A stretch of 53,681 nucleotides of DNA from Girardia tigrina (Eukaryota), in NCBI GenBank assembly GCA_001938485.1, contig MQRK01241525.1, positions 1 to 53,681 of the forward strand, read 5' to 3'. The translations under genes were made by a program, and so were the position numbers. The notes under the pieces were generated by a model. That model worked only from the letters and a program-made list of their open reading frames with translations, made no database searches and was not told the origin of the DNA. Within the stretch, counting starts at the first letter, position 1. Each line of letters begins with the position of its first letter. This document shows positions 25,937 through 39,409 of this stretch, piece by piece.

Positions 25937-28581
25937 CATTATTGTTTATTATATCAGACATTATTATTTAAAAAAATACATTTATTATTATTATATTCTT
26001 TAGTTTTTGTTGTTGACAATTATTTTATAATACTAAATACAATATATTTTTTCATTAATTTACACTGATATTTTTTTTAAAATAAAAAATGTATATATGA
26101 AATGGATATATCCAATAATTACGTCAAAACCTCTTGAAATAAGTTCACAAGGTTTTCGAATAATGAATAATGAAATTACTATCAATTCATACATGAAATG
26201 AGAATTAAAAATATCACAAAACGTCTTTCTTATATATTCACATATATTCAAGTATGTTAAATAGGAAAATATCTAGTAATTTTTTAATTCTTTGAAGGAT
26301 GACTGTTATGCTCCCTATTCATGGAAAATATTTACAACCTTTTGACATTTTATTTAATACGACAATTGGCGATAATCACAATCAACAATTAACTATTTAT
26401 CGTCATTACAATTTTGACATTCAACCAACTACTGTCCTATTGGCTAATAAATACTCTGGTTTATCAATCCTTTAATTTCAAGTAACTTGACAATTGTACC
26501 GTTTTCTAATTTGTCTAATACTTTGATCCAGTATTGGACTTTTTGTTCTTTCAAACTATTCTTTCCGTTTATTAATTCGAAATCTTTGTATTGCTACTTT
26601 TGAAATTATATTATTTGTTTCTATCAACAAATTCTTATTCAGTGATCAAAATCTAGAACAACTTAGTAGTGAATGTTGTTGGGCGATATCCACCCGAGCA
26701 GAATATTTACTTTATATCATACATAATATATGTGTCACAATAGGAAATTCAGTTTCTTTTATTAAACAAAAAACTTCTTTTTATACATCATAAAAGAAGA
26801 AAGTTTTCAATTTTTTTTCAAAAAGTCGGATTTCGCAAAGGGTAAATAATACAAAATAATTTACAATTAAATTTAACTGAAATAAGTGCAATAAATTGAA
26901 GTTTTTTCTTGTTTTCCTTTTTTTTAAGCAAATTTGATTGATGAAATGTTCAACAAAATGAAACTTTCTAACATGTTTCGATTTTTAATGTTTCTAGTAA
27001 TTAAAACGAACTTGAACATAATTAGAGATATTGCAACTTCTTCCGTATTCTCTTTTCTTTATTTTATAATACAAATAAAAATTTTCCTATTCTCTGTTAA
27101 AATCACATATTTAATTGAATTTAAGACAATTTTAATCTGGAATTCAAGTAAACTCTCCGGAGAGTTTTGAATTTTTGTCATTTTGATGGAGATATAATAG
27201 AATAATTCCAAAAAATCGGTATTTTTATAAACATATATATCCAAGAACTGTAAATAAATTTTATATTTATCGATTTGATTTTTGCAGTATTCGAATCAGC
27301 TTTTTTTAATTAGCAATTTGTGAATGACTAAGCCCTATCCATTAAGTTGCCTCAGAAGATAATAATGTTGTTTCTATGATAATATTACGATGATGGTACG
27401 AGTTAACATTACGTTTAGCCGAGATTCAGACATAGAGGTGTTTGGTCTCTATCTGACGGACATGGGTGTACTGCCACTGACCTTTTTGATCAGGCGCACT
27501 TTCCAGTGATCTAATTCTATGATTTTTCTTGTACTGAACAGAATTACTATTATAATGACGATTTACATGCATGGAAAAAAATAATTCGTTTCAAGACAGT
27601 CTAAACCTAGCTCATGTTCTCTAAGGCGTTTTGAATTTTGCTTCATTATATATATTTAATAAAGACAATTGTTTTAACGAAAATAAATGTTTCGTCAAAA
27701 AATGCTGAAACTTTTTCTGGACAATTACCGAAAAAAATTCTTTTGAAATAAAATAGATTATAAAATTATATTAAATCAAATAATTATATTTAAAATCAAT
27801 ATCAGAATTTCAAATTACGCACTCAACTTATATTTGCATCCTTCATGAATCATATCAACCTTAACAGTTTTAGAAATGGTAAGCAGTCAGAAGTTAATTC
27901 TTTTACATAACATAGGCCAAAGATATTTTCTAATAGTCATCAAATAACATTATACCTTAGCTCAAAATGATATAGGAAAGAATGCGGACTTCAACAGTGT
28001 TTCAAGAGTTTTAAAACCTTGATATTAAAACAATTATTTGCTTTCATGAATTAAGTATGAATTTCAAATTATAGGGGTTTAGTTAATTCTTTATTAATAT
28101 TGTGAAGAATATTTGGTGTGTGTTTATGTTTTTGTGTAGTGTTTGCATGTTTGAATGTTGTGTGTTGAATTGTATTGTGTCTCTCCTACCCAGACGGATG
28201 ATTAATATTTTAATTCTTATTATCTGAAACTAATTTATTCAAATTTAGATTTAATTTTCAAATTTTTAATTTTTATTATTGTAAACTTTTAAATAATTAA
28301 AATCAAATTAATGTTGAAAAATGATTATAAAAAGTAATTTTATTTTAGCCAAAGTCGGAATAGTCACAAATACTTTTATATATCATAATAGCGTAGTGGG
28401 TATGCTACTAAAACTGTATTCTCATTGGATGTTGGTTAAGAACATTATCTACATGCACTTATACACACGCACGTAGATATTAATTATCTTTAAAATGCAA
28501 GAGTGGCCAGTGAATATATGTGTAAATTGTATATATGTATATATGTAAATTGATTTTCAAGAAAATTTTATTTATGGTGAT

Positions 28582-29477
28582 TATTAAGAACACCAATATG
28601 GGTTTTTGAACATTTATTTTCCATACAATTTAAATTGTCCTTTGAACAACTCTCAGCCAAGCTTTCAGAATTTGACATCGTTCTAAATTGATAAATTTTT
28701 GTTAATGTTTTTTAAGAAACAATTATTCGAACAAATTTTCATTATTTTCAGATTTTATTTTAATTTTAAAATCATGATAATAATCTATGTTAGGAATTTT
28801 TTATGAAATGTTTTGAAAATTTTTGAAATAATAATTGAATTCACAGTATCATTTTAAAAAAAATCAAGAACTAAATAAAGTTGTATTAACTATGATAAAA
28901 TTTTGTAAATGTAAATTAAAAAAATGAAATTATTTAATTGTCAGAAATAAAAAAAGTCAAATGGATTATTAATACTATATTTATTTTTATTATACCGGTT
29001 TGACATTTATAAAATAAATAGTTCCTCAAAAGTAAAAAAATAAATGAATTTAATTTCGATTAAATTTGTTTAAATAAAATGTATTAGACATTTTTTGTAG
29101 AGAAATAAAATTTGAAGAACTTATGTCGGCTTCTAATATTGAAAGAAGATGTTCCAAAAACATCTAACAATCTACATATTTATTTTATTTAAAAAATGAT
29201 TTAATTTAAAGAAAAAACTATTAATAAATCAATTTGAAAATTAATTAAAAGTTATTTACTTTATTTAAATTTTTAATATTAAAATTTGAATCGATCTAAT
29301 ATTTTTAAAGTTTTTAAATATCTTATGCTGTAATTTAAAATGCAAATTATGCTCGAATAATTATTCATCGTGAACATCTAGAATATCAATTTTCCATCTG
29401 GGTGGGAGAAACATATTTCCAAATACTAAACTCAACATACAAAATTCAACAAACCAAATTTAAAAATATTCCTCACA
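28582..29477 (+). repeat. Dispersed repeat, copy 1 of an unclassified non-autonomous element
   Basis: TATTAAGAACACCAA.. through ..AATATTCCTCACA aligns with 40074-40593. This copy has ~380 bp more internal sequence. Confidence 0.85.
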
Positions 29478-32002
29478 GTGATGAAACGGATATGCAACAA
29501 ATTTTGAATGATTTAGGTTTACAGTCAACACTTATTAATTTCATCAAAATGAACATTTTTATATAACAGCAATGCGCAATCTGAGGATTAAATTAATAAT
29601 TTAAGCGGCCCAGAGAATTTTCAAAACAGTTGTTAACAACCTTCGCAAAGTAAGCCAACGTCTAAGAACATAACACTAAAAACTAGTTTTCTTCACATAT
29701 TGAAAAAAAGAATTTGTTTTTACATTGTTTTTTAATGGAATTAAATTTCTGAGAATACTTTATTTTGTTTTGGTTTACCAATTAAAACGGTCGAAGACCC
29801 TCTGGTAAAACGGAAATAAAACCAAGGTAATAATGCAAATATAAAGATTTATTAGAATAATATTTTATAAATATACATTAATTAATTTTACAAAAAAAAT
29901 CAATAAAAAATTATCATAAAATCTGAAAGAGTAGAAAGAAAAATACACAGACAACTCTAGAAGAAAAGAAAATGAAAAAAAGAATAAAGGATTAAAAAAT
30001 AAAGAGAAAATCGTAACTAAGAAACTAAGCAAAATAATTTCTTCAAGACTTGAGATTATTCCGACTAAATGAACAACTAATAAAATAATTAATAAGGATT
30101 TTTTTGGTCAATTGTTAACAGATTCACCATTGACAATCTTATTGTTATATATTAATAATCTCCTCACAAAATTATTTTTTGTAATTTATTTTATTTATTA
30201 TGACGTTATTGCTTGAAGATATTTAATTGTAATTATTCAACAAAATTATATAAAATTACGACTATAAATATAACCAAAAAAAACAATAATTTATACTCAA
30301 TTTATATATAAATAGTATTATTAAAAATATAAAATATAAAAATATTAAATAGAAGAGTTTCTTATTAATCCAGACAGATTTTATTCAGCTTGAAGAATCG
30401 AATTTTTTATATAATTTATTTTTCACGGAGGTTTTTTGTTTTTTTTTCGAAACAAAATTATTTCTTATAATTTAAAGATATTGATTTAAGATATTGATTT
30501 TGTAAGTTCTGTTGAAAATTATTAAAATAAAATTTTTAAATTATGACTTTCAGAAGAAAATTTATAATTTTCACCGCGTTTAATAATAAAATAATTTTCT
30601 ATCACAAAAATTGAGTATTTTTACTTGCATATTCTCATAGGTTAGTATTGAGAGTATATATTAAGCCGGGGGGCACGAAAAGATTGAATTATATTGCCAA
30701 TCAGATTATAATTTCATTAAGAATATTTTTTGGCAGTCTTTCCTATTTCTATACTTGAAAGATTTTAAAGTAAATATTAATTTTATAATCAATAAAAATA
30801 CTATAAAATGTTATTAATTTAATTAAATTATTTAATAATTTAATTTTATAATTGTATATTTTTTTAATTAATTTACTATTTTATTTTTTATTAATTACGT
30901 CATTATTGTAAGTCATGAATAGCAAAATTATTAATTTTATTATAAAAAAATTCGAACGATTTTTTTATTTCTTTTTACTAATTTAAAAATCTATTTGCCG
31001 ATTTTTATTTTTTTAAATAATGTTATTATATTTTTTAAAACTCAAAATTAAAAAGAATATTTATTCCAATTTTGATGTAATCTTATTTATTCTAAAATAA
31101 TATTTAGTTTAAATCTAGAAAAAAGTTTTAAATATGAAATTATTAAAAATATAATCTAAAAAAGTTTAAATAATAAAAATTATTTCAAAACTCAAAAAAT
31201 ATTATTTTTTTCAATTTTATTACAAATATTTAATGTAACATTTAATTTAAAAAAATTCGTAAACAAAATTTAGAGTATAAAAATTACGTTTAAAAAATCT
31301 AACTTTTTTAAGTTTTTCGATAATTTAAATTTTGGTCAGCAAAATGAATAACTCATAATTCTAACTACTTTTTCCCTAAAAATAATGAGTCCATGTGAAA
31401 TGTTTTAGGATTTTATTTTCAAGATTTATAAAAATATATTGTTTTAATTAGAGATAAATAATAAAATCTTTTAATAAAGGAGTTATTGAAAAATTAAAAA
31501 ATTGAAAAATATTTGTAAACAAATAAAAATAAAAATTAATAAAAAACATTTTTTCAAATCTTTTTCTATTAATTTTACCTGTAAAAATACATAAAAAGTA
31601 CTCGGTTTAAAAATAACAAATATAAAAATGTCTATATAATAATTAAAACTATTTAAAATTAAATAATTTCTTTTCTAATTACCATAAATGGATTAATAAA
31701 AAATTTCTAAAAAAAATGTTGTATGAAAATTATTTTAATAAATAATTTTTTATTATTATACTGTAATAATTCCGAATAATTCGAAGATCAACGTCATATT
31801 TGTCAGTTAAAACTGATTCTGTCAATAATTATTTTCATTTTTGGTTGTAAAAAATAGACGTTTTGTTTTTAACTTAAAGATTCTTGTATTTTAAAAACAT
31901 TTACATGGGAGAATAAACGTAATTTCAGCTAGAAAGACTTTTTCTATTTTTCCAGTCTTTCTTTACTGATTATCTTTAATATAAATAAAACTAAATATTA
32001 AA

Positions 32003-32610
32003 TACAGTCAACCCTGTTCAATATAAAGACTAGTGTTCCAATCTTTTTAAATGTTCATATTAAAAAATAATAACAATATAAGATTTCAAAAAATTATTTA
32101 TTACACCTTTAAATCACATTTTTATTTCTTTGACGCATAATAAAATCTGTAATATTCAATTGTCCAGATGCTTCTCCTTGAATTTCATTAATCAAATCAC
32201 ATATTTTATTCATCTTATCAGAAATATTAATCTGGAAGTACTTCTCACGTTTCCCAACATACTCATAGGCATCGAAGCTTGTTATAACTGGATCATCTTC
32301 CTTTTCTTCAACAGAATTATCATTTGTTTCCTCATTTTCAGAACTTTCATTTTCATGCTTTTCTACTAGATCAAACAAGAGGTATTCGTACAATTTTAGA
32401 TTAATTTTAAAACATGGAAACTCATCACATTCAACTTTCTCTTCTTTAACATAAGCATTTTTGAAAGACTTGGTAAAACAATTAGAAATAGTCGCAGTTT
32501 TTACACTTCTTCATGCTTTCGAAATCCAAACTACTGCTTAATAAAAAACAACTATTTTACACCATATATCTTGGGTAAATTTTACTTTGTCTAATAAACA
32601 CTGTCTAAAG
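32003..32610 (-). mobile_element. Tigger/pogo-like 3' remnant
   Basis: End TACAGTCAACCCTG. AVVWISKA*RSVKTATISNCF, followed by an acidic tail ending QLNITDF. Confidence 0.7.
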
Positions 32611-33889
32611 ACAAAAATAATTATATAATAATAAAATTGTATCAATTTAATATATATACAAAGATCAAAATTATTTTTAAACAAATAACTAAATAAATAA
32701 TATGATGTTTTAAAATAATTATTTTAATCATTTTATTTTATTACTATTTGAAAAAGTAATTTAAAAGAAAGAGCTCAACTTTATTTTTGTTGATTTTCGG
32801 TTATATTATTTATAATATTATTATTATACTCTTTTTCATTTTCGAAATAAAACTCCAGGATAAGTAACGTAAGATAATAAATATATAATTATTTTAAAGA
32901 TTATTTTTATCATTATCATTATAATATTATACCAAAATTTATCATCAAATGCAATGAAATAAAAGTATTGATTAAGATTTCTGCAAGAATAAGAGTATAA
33001 ATCACAGCAATTTACCGGAAGTTCCTGGAACGTCTTCTGTGCCCTAAATTATATACATCCTTCATAAATATTATCATATAAAATTTATAAATTATATTGA
33101 ATTTCTTTGATATTCTCAAATTTGGAATAACAAAAAAAAATATTTCAATGTCTGTTATTCACGATGAAACATTAATTTTTCATGTATAATATTGCAAAAT
33201 TTATTTCATTAATTTTCGTCTTGTTCTATGTCAAAAATACGAATTATTTTTAGTAAATATATAAAACGAACAATTTAATTCAATGTATTCTGTTGTTTTG
33301 TTTTGAAAAAAAAACGTTTTACTCTTCACTTATCTTTGGGCATCAAAGAACGAACATTGGACTCACAGCTTTGATTATTCAGCAAATCTGACATCATTTT
33401 TTGATAGAGCTTTTTTTCAATTATTTTTTTTCTGTTTAAAAACAAAATATTTGATTATATTTATGATTAATATTTTCATACATAAAACATTATTAAATTT
33501 ATAAAAGTATTTTGAAAATAATACATTTATTTCATTGTAAAATTATGTATCCTTCATATATTATTATTGTGTTATTTTGTAATTTGTATTCTCCCTACCA
33601 AAGATTAAAAATAATAAAATAGAATCTTTATGCGCGATAAAAAAAGTACGATTGTTACAAAGTAAACAAGTTAAAAGAATCAAAAAGGTTAAAATGTGAA
33701 CAAATTGTAAATGTTTTTTTCTATAAATTAAGGCTTATGAAGAAGGATGATCCGCCCGACCCTCAGGTCGCCCCGAGAATCGGACGAGGTAGCAGGGTTG
33801 CGCAAGGAAATTCTATTCATCAGTTGCTGGAACCATTTATTGAGAAATGAATGAAAAATAACGTTTACCGAATTCAATTTGTCGTTAAA

Positions 33890-34210
33890 TCATTCGAATC
33901 TCTCACGGAATAATTTAACCATTTTAGTATCGATTTTCGAATTGATTGATTCACATTTCGCTTTGTAAAAATTAATCTTATTGGAATAATTTTCTCCAAA
34001 AGCATTTTGCTTTCTATTTAAATCATTGTAAATTTCATCCAACACCGACTTTCGCTGATCATACAGAAACATTGTGCTGTTTATTTGATTATTTCTATTT
34101 AAATTTTGATCTAAAATCGATTCGAGTTTGATAATATCGACGGGAAGAATCGGCGCATCGAAAGTCGCATCATTTAATGTTTTTGTAATTTCAATACTTG
34201 CGGTCTTTTT
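33890..34210 (-). CDS. Orphan 106-codon stop-free frame, CpG-rich, unknown product
   Basis: KKTASIEITKTLNDATFDAPILPVDIIKLESILDQ...KLFRERFE*. Extends the listed 60-aa ORF up to an upstream TAA at 34211-34213. No motif recognised. Confidence 0.3.
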   Translation of the reverse strand, partial: KKTASIEITKTLNDATFDAPILPVDIIKLESILDQNLNRNNQINSTMFLYDQRKSVLDEIYNDLNRKQNAFGENYSNKINFYKAKCESINSKIDTKMVKLFRERFE

Positions 34211-36029
34211 TTAACATCGTGATTAGCATAATTCAACATCCAGAAAATAATTCAATTTTTAATCAATTCAGAACGATATTAAATCACATACCAACTTTAT
34301 TTTTATCAATAATCAAAAACACTATCGTTTTTACAAGTTCATCACTTTACTTCAGATTAACAAAAAACTCAAGGTCATAATTTTAATAATAATCATAATA
34401 ACTAAATATTTAAAATATTAATTCAAATTGTCTAATTTCCATTGAATAATTTCAAAATGATAAAAAAAATAATGAATTAATTTTCCAATTCAATTTGATT
34501 TGATTGTCTTTTGATATTTGAGGTGAAATTGTTTTTATTTTGATTTGATTTGAAACCAATTTGAAACGAACATATTATAATGATAATAATTTAATTTAAA
34601 AAACAAAAAATATAATAATTAAAATGTTCGAATCCCGAACAAAGGATGTTGATTGAAAGCAAAAATAAGTCTTGAAGAAAAAAGAGAATGAATGAAAAAA
34701 TGAATTAAAAGAGAATGAATGAAGTGTGAAAAAAGAAAACATTAATAAAAAACAAATGTTAGGAATTTAGAAAGGAAATGCATAAACTTTGCATTAGTAA
34801 ACTTTTTATATACTAAAATTTTATTATATATTAAAATTTTTGTATTAATCGTAGATCATGTTTGATATATATATATATATATGAAATATATATATAGGTG
34901 AAATTTTCACAGTTTCATTTTTATAGACAAAGAAACAAAATGAGAAGGTGTCCCGATAAAAATTCAAAAAAAAAATTTTTTCTTCATTATAAGCACCACC
35001 CTAATATATATATANNNNNNNNNNNNNNNNNNNNNNNNNNNNNNNNNNNNNNNNNNNNNNNNNNATATATATATATATATATAAGTTCACAATCAAATCA
35101 TTCATATATCTTTCATATCTTAAGGACAAAATTTTTAATTTCCGAATGTATTAAGGTAAATTTTATACGAAGTCATTCACAAAATTTCTGTAAAAGTTAT
35201 GGAAAGGTTTGAGGAGTTATTTTGTCAATGTACATATATAAAACCCATAATGACTCAAACATTCAAAAATGTCTGTTAATTGCTTACCTCTTCCAAAATT
35301 AAAATTTTGTGAGAAATTTTAAAGACATTATACCTCACCAAAATTACCATTTTAAAATATATTTTTAGTATATATCAAGTTCTGAAAGGCGTTTTCAAAG
35401 AATTCCGGCAGAGAAATTTGAGATTGCATCTTTCAAGTTTTCATCTAAAGTTAAATATTACATCTGAGAACTTACTTAAAGTATTCAAAAAATAATAATC
35501 TGATGGCGTTAAATAAAGCTGTAAGAAAAGAGCAGGAAAAAAAGATATAAAATTCCTCAAATAATGATGTTGACATCCGAGTGATGGCTATTATCATGAA
35601 CAATGGAATTATCATACGAATTGTGTAACTAAAATACTCTGGTCTTCTTGCTCTATAGAGCAGATGCTTTGTACGATCCTGGAGTAGTACTTGATAATGA
35701 TAATATTTACTGTATCAATAAAGTTACATTTCTAAAGGTAACTCACATGACAGCATTTTTGTTATATGTGGATGACCGCACCTTTCTAAAATACTCCTCT
35801 GCAGCTTGCGCTCTAGAGACTTACCACTCAATTTGGGTAAAAAACGATCATACAATATTCTGCAAAAAGTTATCTCTGAAATAGTAAAATAAATTTAGGT
35901 TCCCCTAACAGCAAATCAATGGGCTTTCAAATGCTGCGGAACAAAGCGGGAATTTAATTGTATAATTGCATTTGAGGTCAATAATTACTATATGATACTT
36001 CAGCTGAGGTCAATAGTTGCCTCATTTAG

Positions 36030-36791
36030 CTTTAAAAATACAACCATCAGCTCACCCTCTGCTTCTTTTGATGAATGTAGTGATTTGGACTTTGTTTTGG
36101 TCATTCATTCTTGTCTACCCGCTTGCTCAACGTTTGATATCATCATATTGGATCCACTTTTCATCACAGTGACGGTTAGATTCAAAATGTGATCACATTT
36201 ATAACGAGAAAGTATGATCAAGCAAGTATCCAAACACTTTTGTTTCTGCTTTTCATTCAATTTATGTGGAATCTACTTGTCATACTTTTTCACTTTACCA
36301 ATTTGAGCCAAGTGATTGAATTTTGTTTGCTTTGTAACAGTAAACCTTAGTGATAAATCGTGAGTACTTTTTGATGAATCTGACGCCGCGGTTATATTCA
36401 GTTTATCATTGTCTACCTGTATTCCTGGGCGACTCCGAGACTCATTATTGAGGTTAAAATTACCTTGCACGAATTTCTCGAACTAATTTGAGACTGTCTG
36501 CTGCGTAGTAGCATTGTATCCGAATACACTGTTTTAATGTTTTGCATGGCGTCTGATGCTTAGGTTCTACCTAAGAATTCATATTTCACAATAGTTCAAA
36601 TTTATACCTCTTCTATTTTTTAAAATTTTGAATATTAAAACAAGTTATCAATAATTTAATTAGTTTTTATTAATGTGTTCAATAACCAAGATATATAGAT
36701 ATCAAACAAAAAAATCTGAGCAACAAAATGTTAGGTCATTGTCGAACTTATTGTATTCATGCTTACAAATGTCATACTTGACAACCTAATA
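36030..36791 (-). mobile_element. Mariner 5' portion, cecropia-like subfamily, decayed
   Basis: End TATTAGGTTGTCAAGTATGA. IVKYEF, GNFNLNNESRSRPGIQVDNDKL..HLAQIGKVKKYDK, TCDEKWIQYD. Confidence 0.85.
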
Positions 36792-37266
36792 TAATATTTA
36801 CTAAATTTTCGAAAAGCGTTTGTTTCTGTTTATTTCTATTTTCTAAATACAAGAAATTAATATGAAACTCATTTAATATAATTCAAATTAAATCTGAAAT
36901 GGTGGAAAATATTATTCTAAATTTATATTTGTTTGTATTGGTAGAAAATAAAATGGATCAACATTTGTCGCATATATCAAAACCAAAACATTAAACTATG
37001 AAAAGTAAACATAAAATTTAATTATTGAAATATCGGTTTTTTTTAATAAAATATTTCTAAATTTCTAAAAGATTATTTTTTATCGGGAAAAAGTGTTATT
37101 TTAATTAAAGAAAAATATAATAAATTAATTCTATTTTCTTTTTTAAACATTTTGATATTTTTTTCGGTTTCTGTCAGAATTTATCTATTTTTATTTTCAA
37201 AATTGAGGTTTAGTTTTAATATATTTTTTATAAATGTTTTAATATATTTTTTATACTCTAAGTAGA

Positions 37267-38000
37267 TATATACAGAGTAACCCGGAGTATTTGCAAGAGT
37301 CAGGACCCCCGTTTTGATGTCAATCTTACTCGGCCTAAAAGTCTTACGTCATATTGTTATTACATAATGAATGATAAGTTACATAACGTAGAATTATATT
37401 TTGAATATATAATTTATTTTTTTGCAATAAATTTTTTTATATTTTGAAAATTACTTTATGTTACATAAATAATTAAAAGAAAACAAAATAAATTGAAAAT
37501 TAAGAAAATTGTTATTTTATTAATTATAAAAAAAATGAGTTTCATGAACATGACAAAGCCGATTTTTGAAGCTTTCAAAGTTTTCTTCAATTTCAATAAT
37601 TTTACGTTCAATCATCACTTTTAGATATTTGATTGTTGATTTTGATAAATATCGTCATTCAAGTGACTCCACACAAAATAATCACAGATACTCTAATCGG
37701 AAGAAAATTACAATCTTTGGATTGTACCTTTACTTTTAGCTTCAGAATCCAACATGATGATGCGTCTTTCAAAGTTTTATGACAAGACATTGAACTAAAA
37801 CACATGATCATCGATTTTTTTCTGAGAAATATGGCAGGATTTTATCTTTTAACGCAAAAATAAACTTTTTCATTTATACTTAGAGTAATTAATAAGGAGT
37901 ACCCTAATTTTGTATGTTGATACACCAAACGGTTATTCTTATTTGATTGAATAGACTTGATGTAATCTTGAAAAAAGAAATGATCTTCTTCTGTATTAAA
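37267..38000 (-). mobile_element. DD41D/rosa-like 3' remnant
   Basis: End TACAGAGTAACCC. FERRIIMLD...FSSD*SICDYFVWSHLNDDIY resembles SPDLNPCDYFLWGYLK. Confidence 0.6.
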
Positions 38001-38285
38001 GATATTGACCTTCTTTTCTATGATGTTTGATTAAAGATTAGATTCATAATTTCACACAAAAATATATTCATGACAATTACACACAAATTTGAATAAATTT
38101 GTTTTCTTTAATTCAATTTAATCATTTCGCCAAAATCCATTTATTAAATTTTTTAATATCAAATTTGTAATTTTATATAAATATATTCAAACGTTCACTA
38201 TTAAATTTTTTTCTCAGAAATTTACTACTTTTGTTAAAAGATAGTCAGCTTGAATTTAAATTTAGTTTCTTTCAAAAAAATTTTG

Positions 38286-38958
38286 GGACTTGTTAAAAAT
38301 ATGTCTCCAGGGGCATATTTTTTAGTTATGTAATTTTAGGGGTGTACTTTTAAGTTATGTAATTATATCTCATTATAAATGCATCTTATTTATTTTAATT
38401 TTCATAAATATTTTTTGGATCATGTCACCTAGTACGTATGAAATAATCATAAGAAAACTAATGAATGCTGATTTACAAGACACGATAGCATTTTTTAAAG
38501 CAAAGAGGATTTTGAAATCATCAATGAAGTGTGGCAGTTGCGGCAGTTTATCTGTGAAGTAATATTGCCGGGTACAACTATTCACAGTGGATGAATGGAA
38601 AGCATATTCCAATTTAAATGCTCTAGGATATGATCATGGTACAGTTAATCATTCGATTAATTTTGTAGATCCTAGAACCGAGATTCACACACAAAATGTT
38701 GAATCTTATTGGAATAAAAAAAACACGGTGCAAGAAAATGAAAGGAGTCAAAAAAGAATTTTTGCAGGATTACCTTAAAGAGTTTATGTGGCGAGACAAC
38801 ATTTCTGGAGATTTTTTTGAAAAATTGATGAATTTATTTAAAAATTACTTTAATGATGAATAAATTTCATAATTTTGTACTGTGTTTTCATTGTATTTAT
38901 GACACGGGGGCATATTTTTTAGTTGTGTAATTTTAGGGGCGTACTTTTAACATGATCC
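38286..38958 (+). mobile_element. Merlin (IS1016/ISXO2-like) deletion derivative
   Basis: GG-starting imperfect inverted ends with a perfect 8-bp duplication AAATTTTG (38278-85 and 38959-66). Tandem subterminal repeats. ILPGTTIH..DEWKAYSNL..HGTVNHSINFVDP..HTQNVESYW. Confidence 0.93.
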
Positions 38959-39409
38959 AAATTTTGTTCTACATAAATTTTTACCGAATTATTGTTAATC
39001 AGTTTAACTTCCTTATTTCTTATTTTAAAAATTTACTAAATATTTTCTTTTTTAAAAAATAACGGTTTTAATTAATCTTAACTTTTTTAATTTATGACTT
39101 TTATTTATTTTAGTTATTTTACAGTTTTGTCGTTTTTACAAAAATCCTATTTTTTCTTTTTAGATTTTTAAACTTTACATACTTTTTTTTGTTTTACATA
39201 ATTATTTAATTTTGGTTTGTTTTTAAAAAAAATCGTTTTTCTTGTTTTATAAACTTTATGCATTTTTCTGTTTTACGTAATTAATTCATTTTGTTAGAAT
39301 TTTAAATTAAATTTTTTTATAAATTATTTGGCGAATGAAATTTTTAATTAACTCTTCATAATCTGAAATCCATATTTTGTTGAAATTGATTTTCGTGGTA
39401 CCATCCATA

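Noticed and set aside
26900-27230. Possible hAT C-terminal remnant
   Set aside because: The motif is too degenerate to support.
35648-35884. 78-aa ORF as a candidate first innexin exon
   Set aside because: It has no DRLN/TM1 motif and adjoins a mariner remnant.
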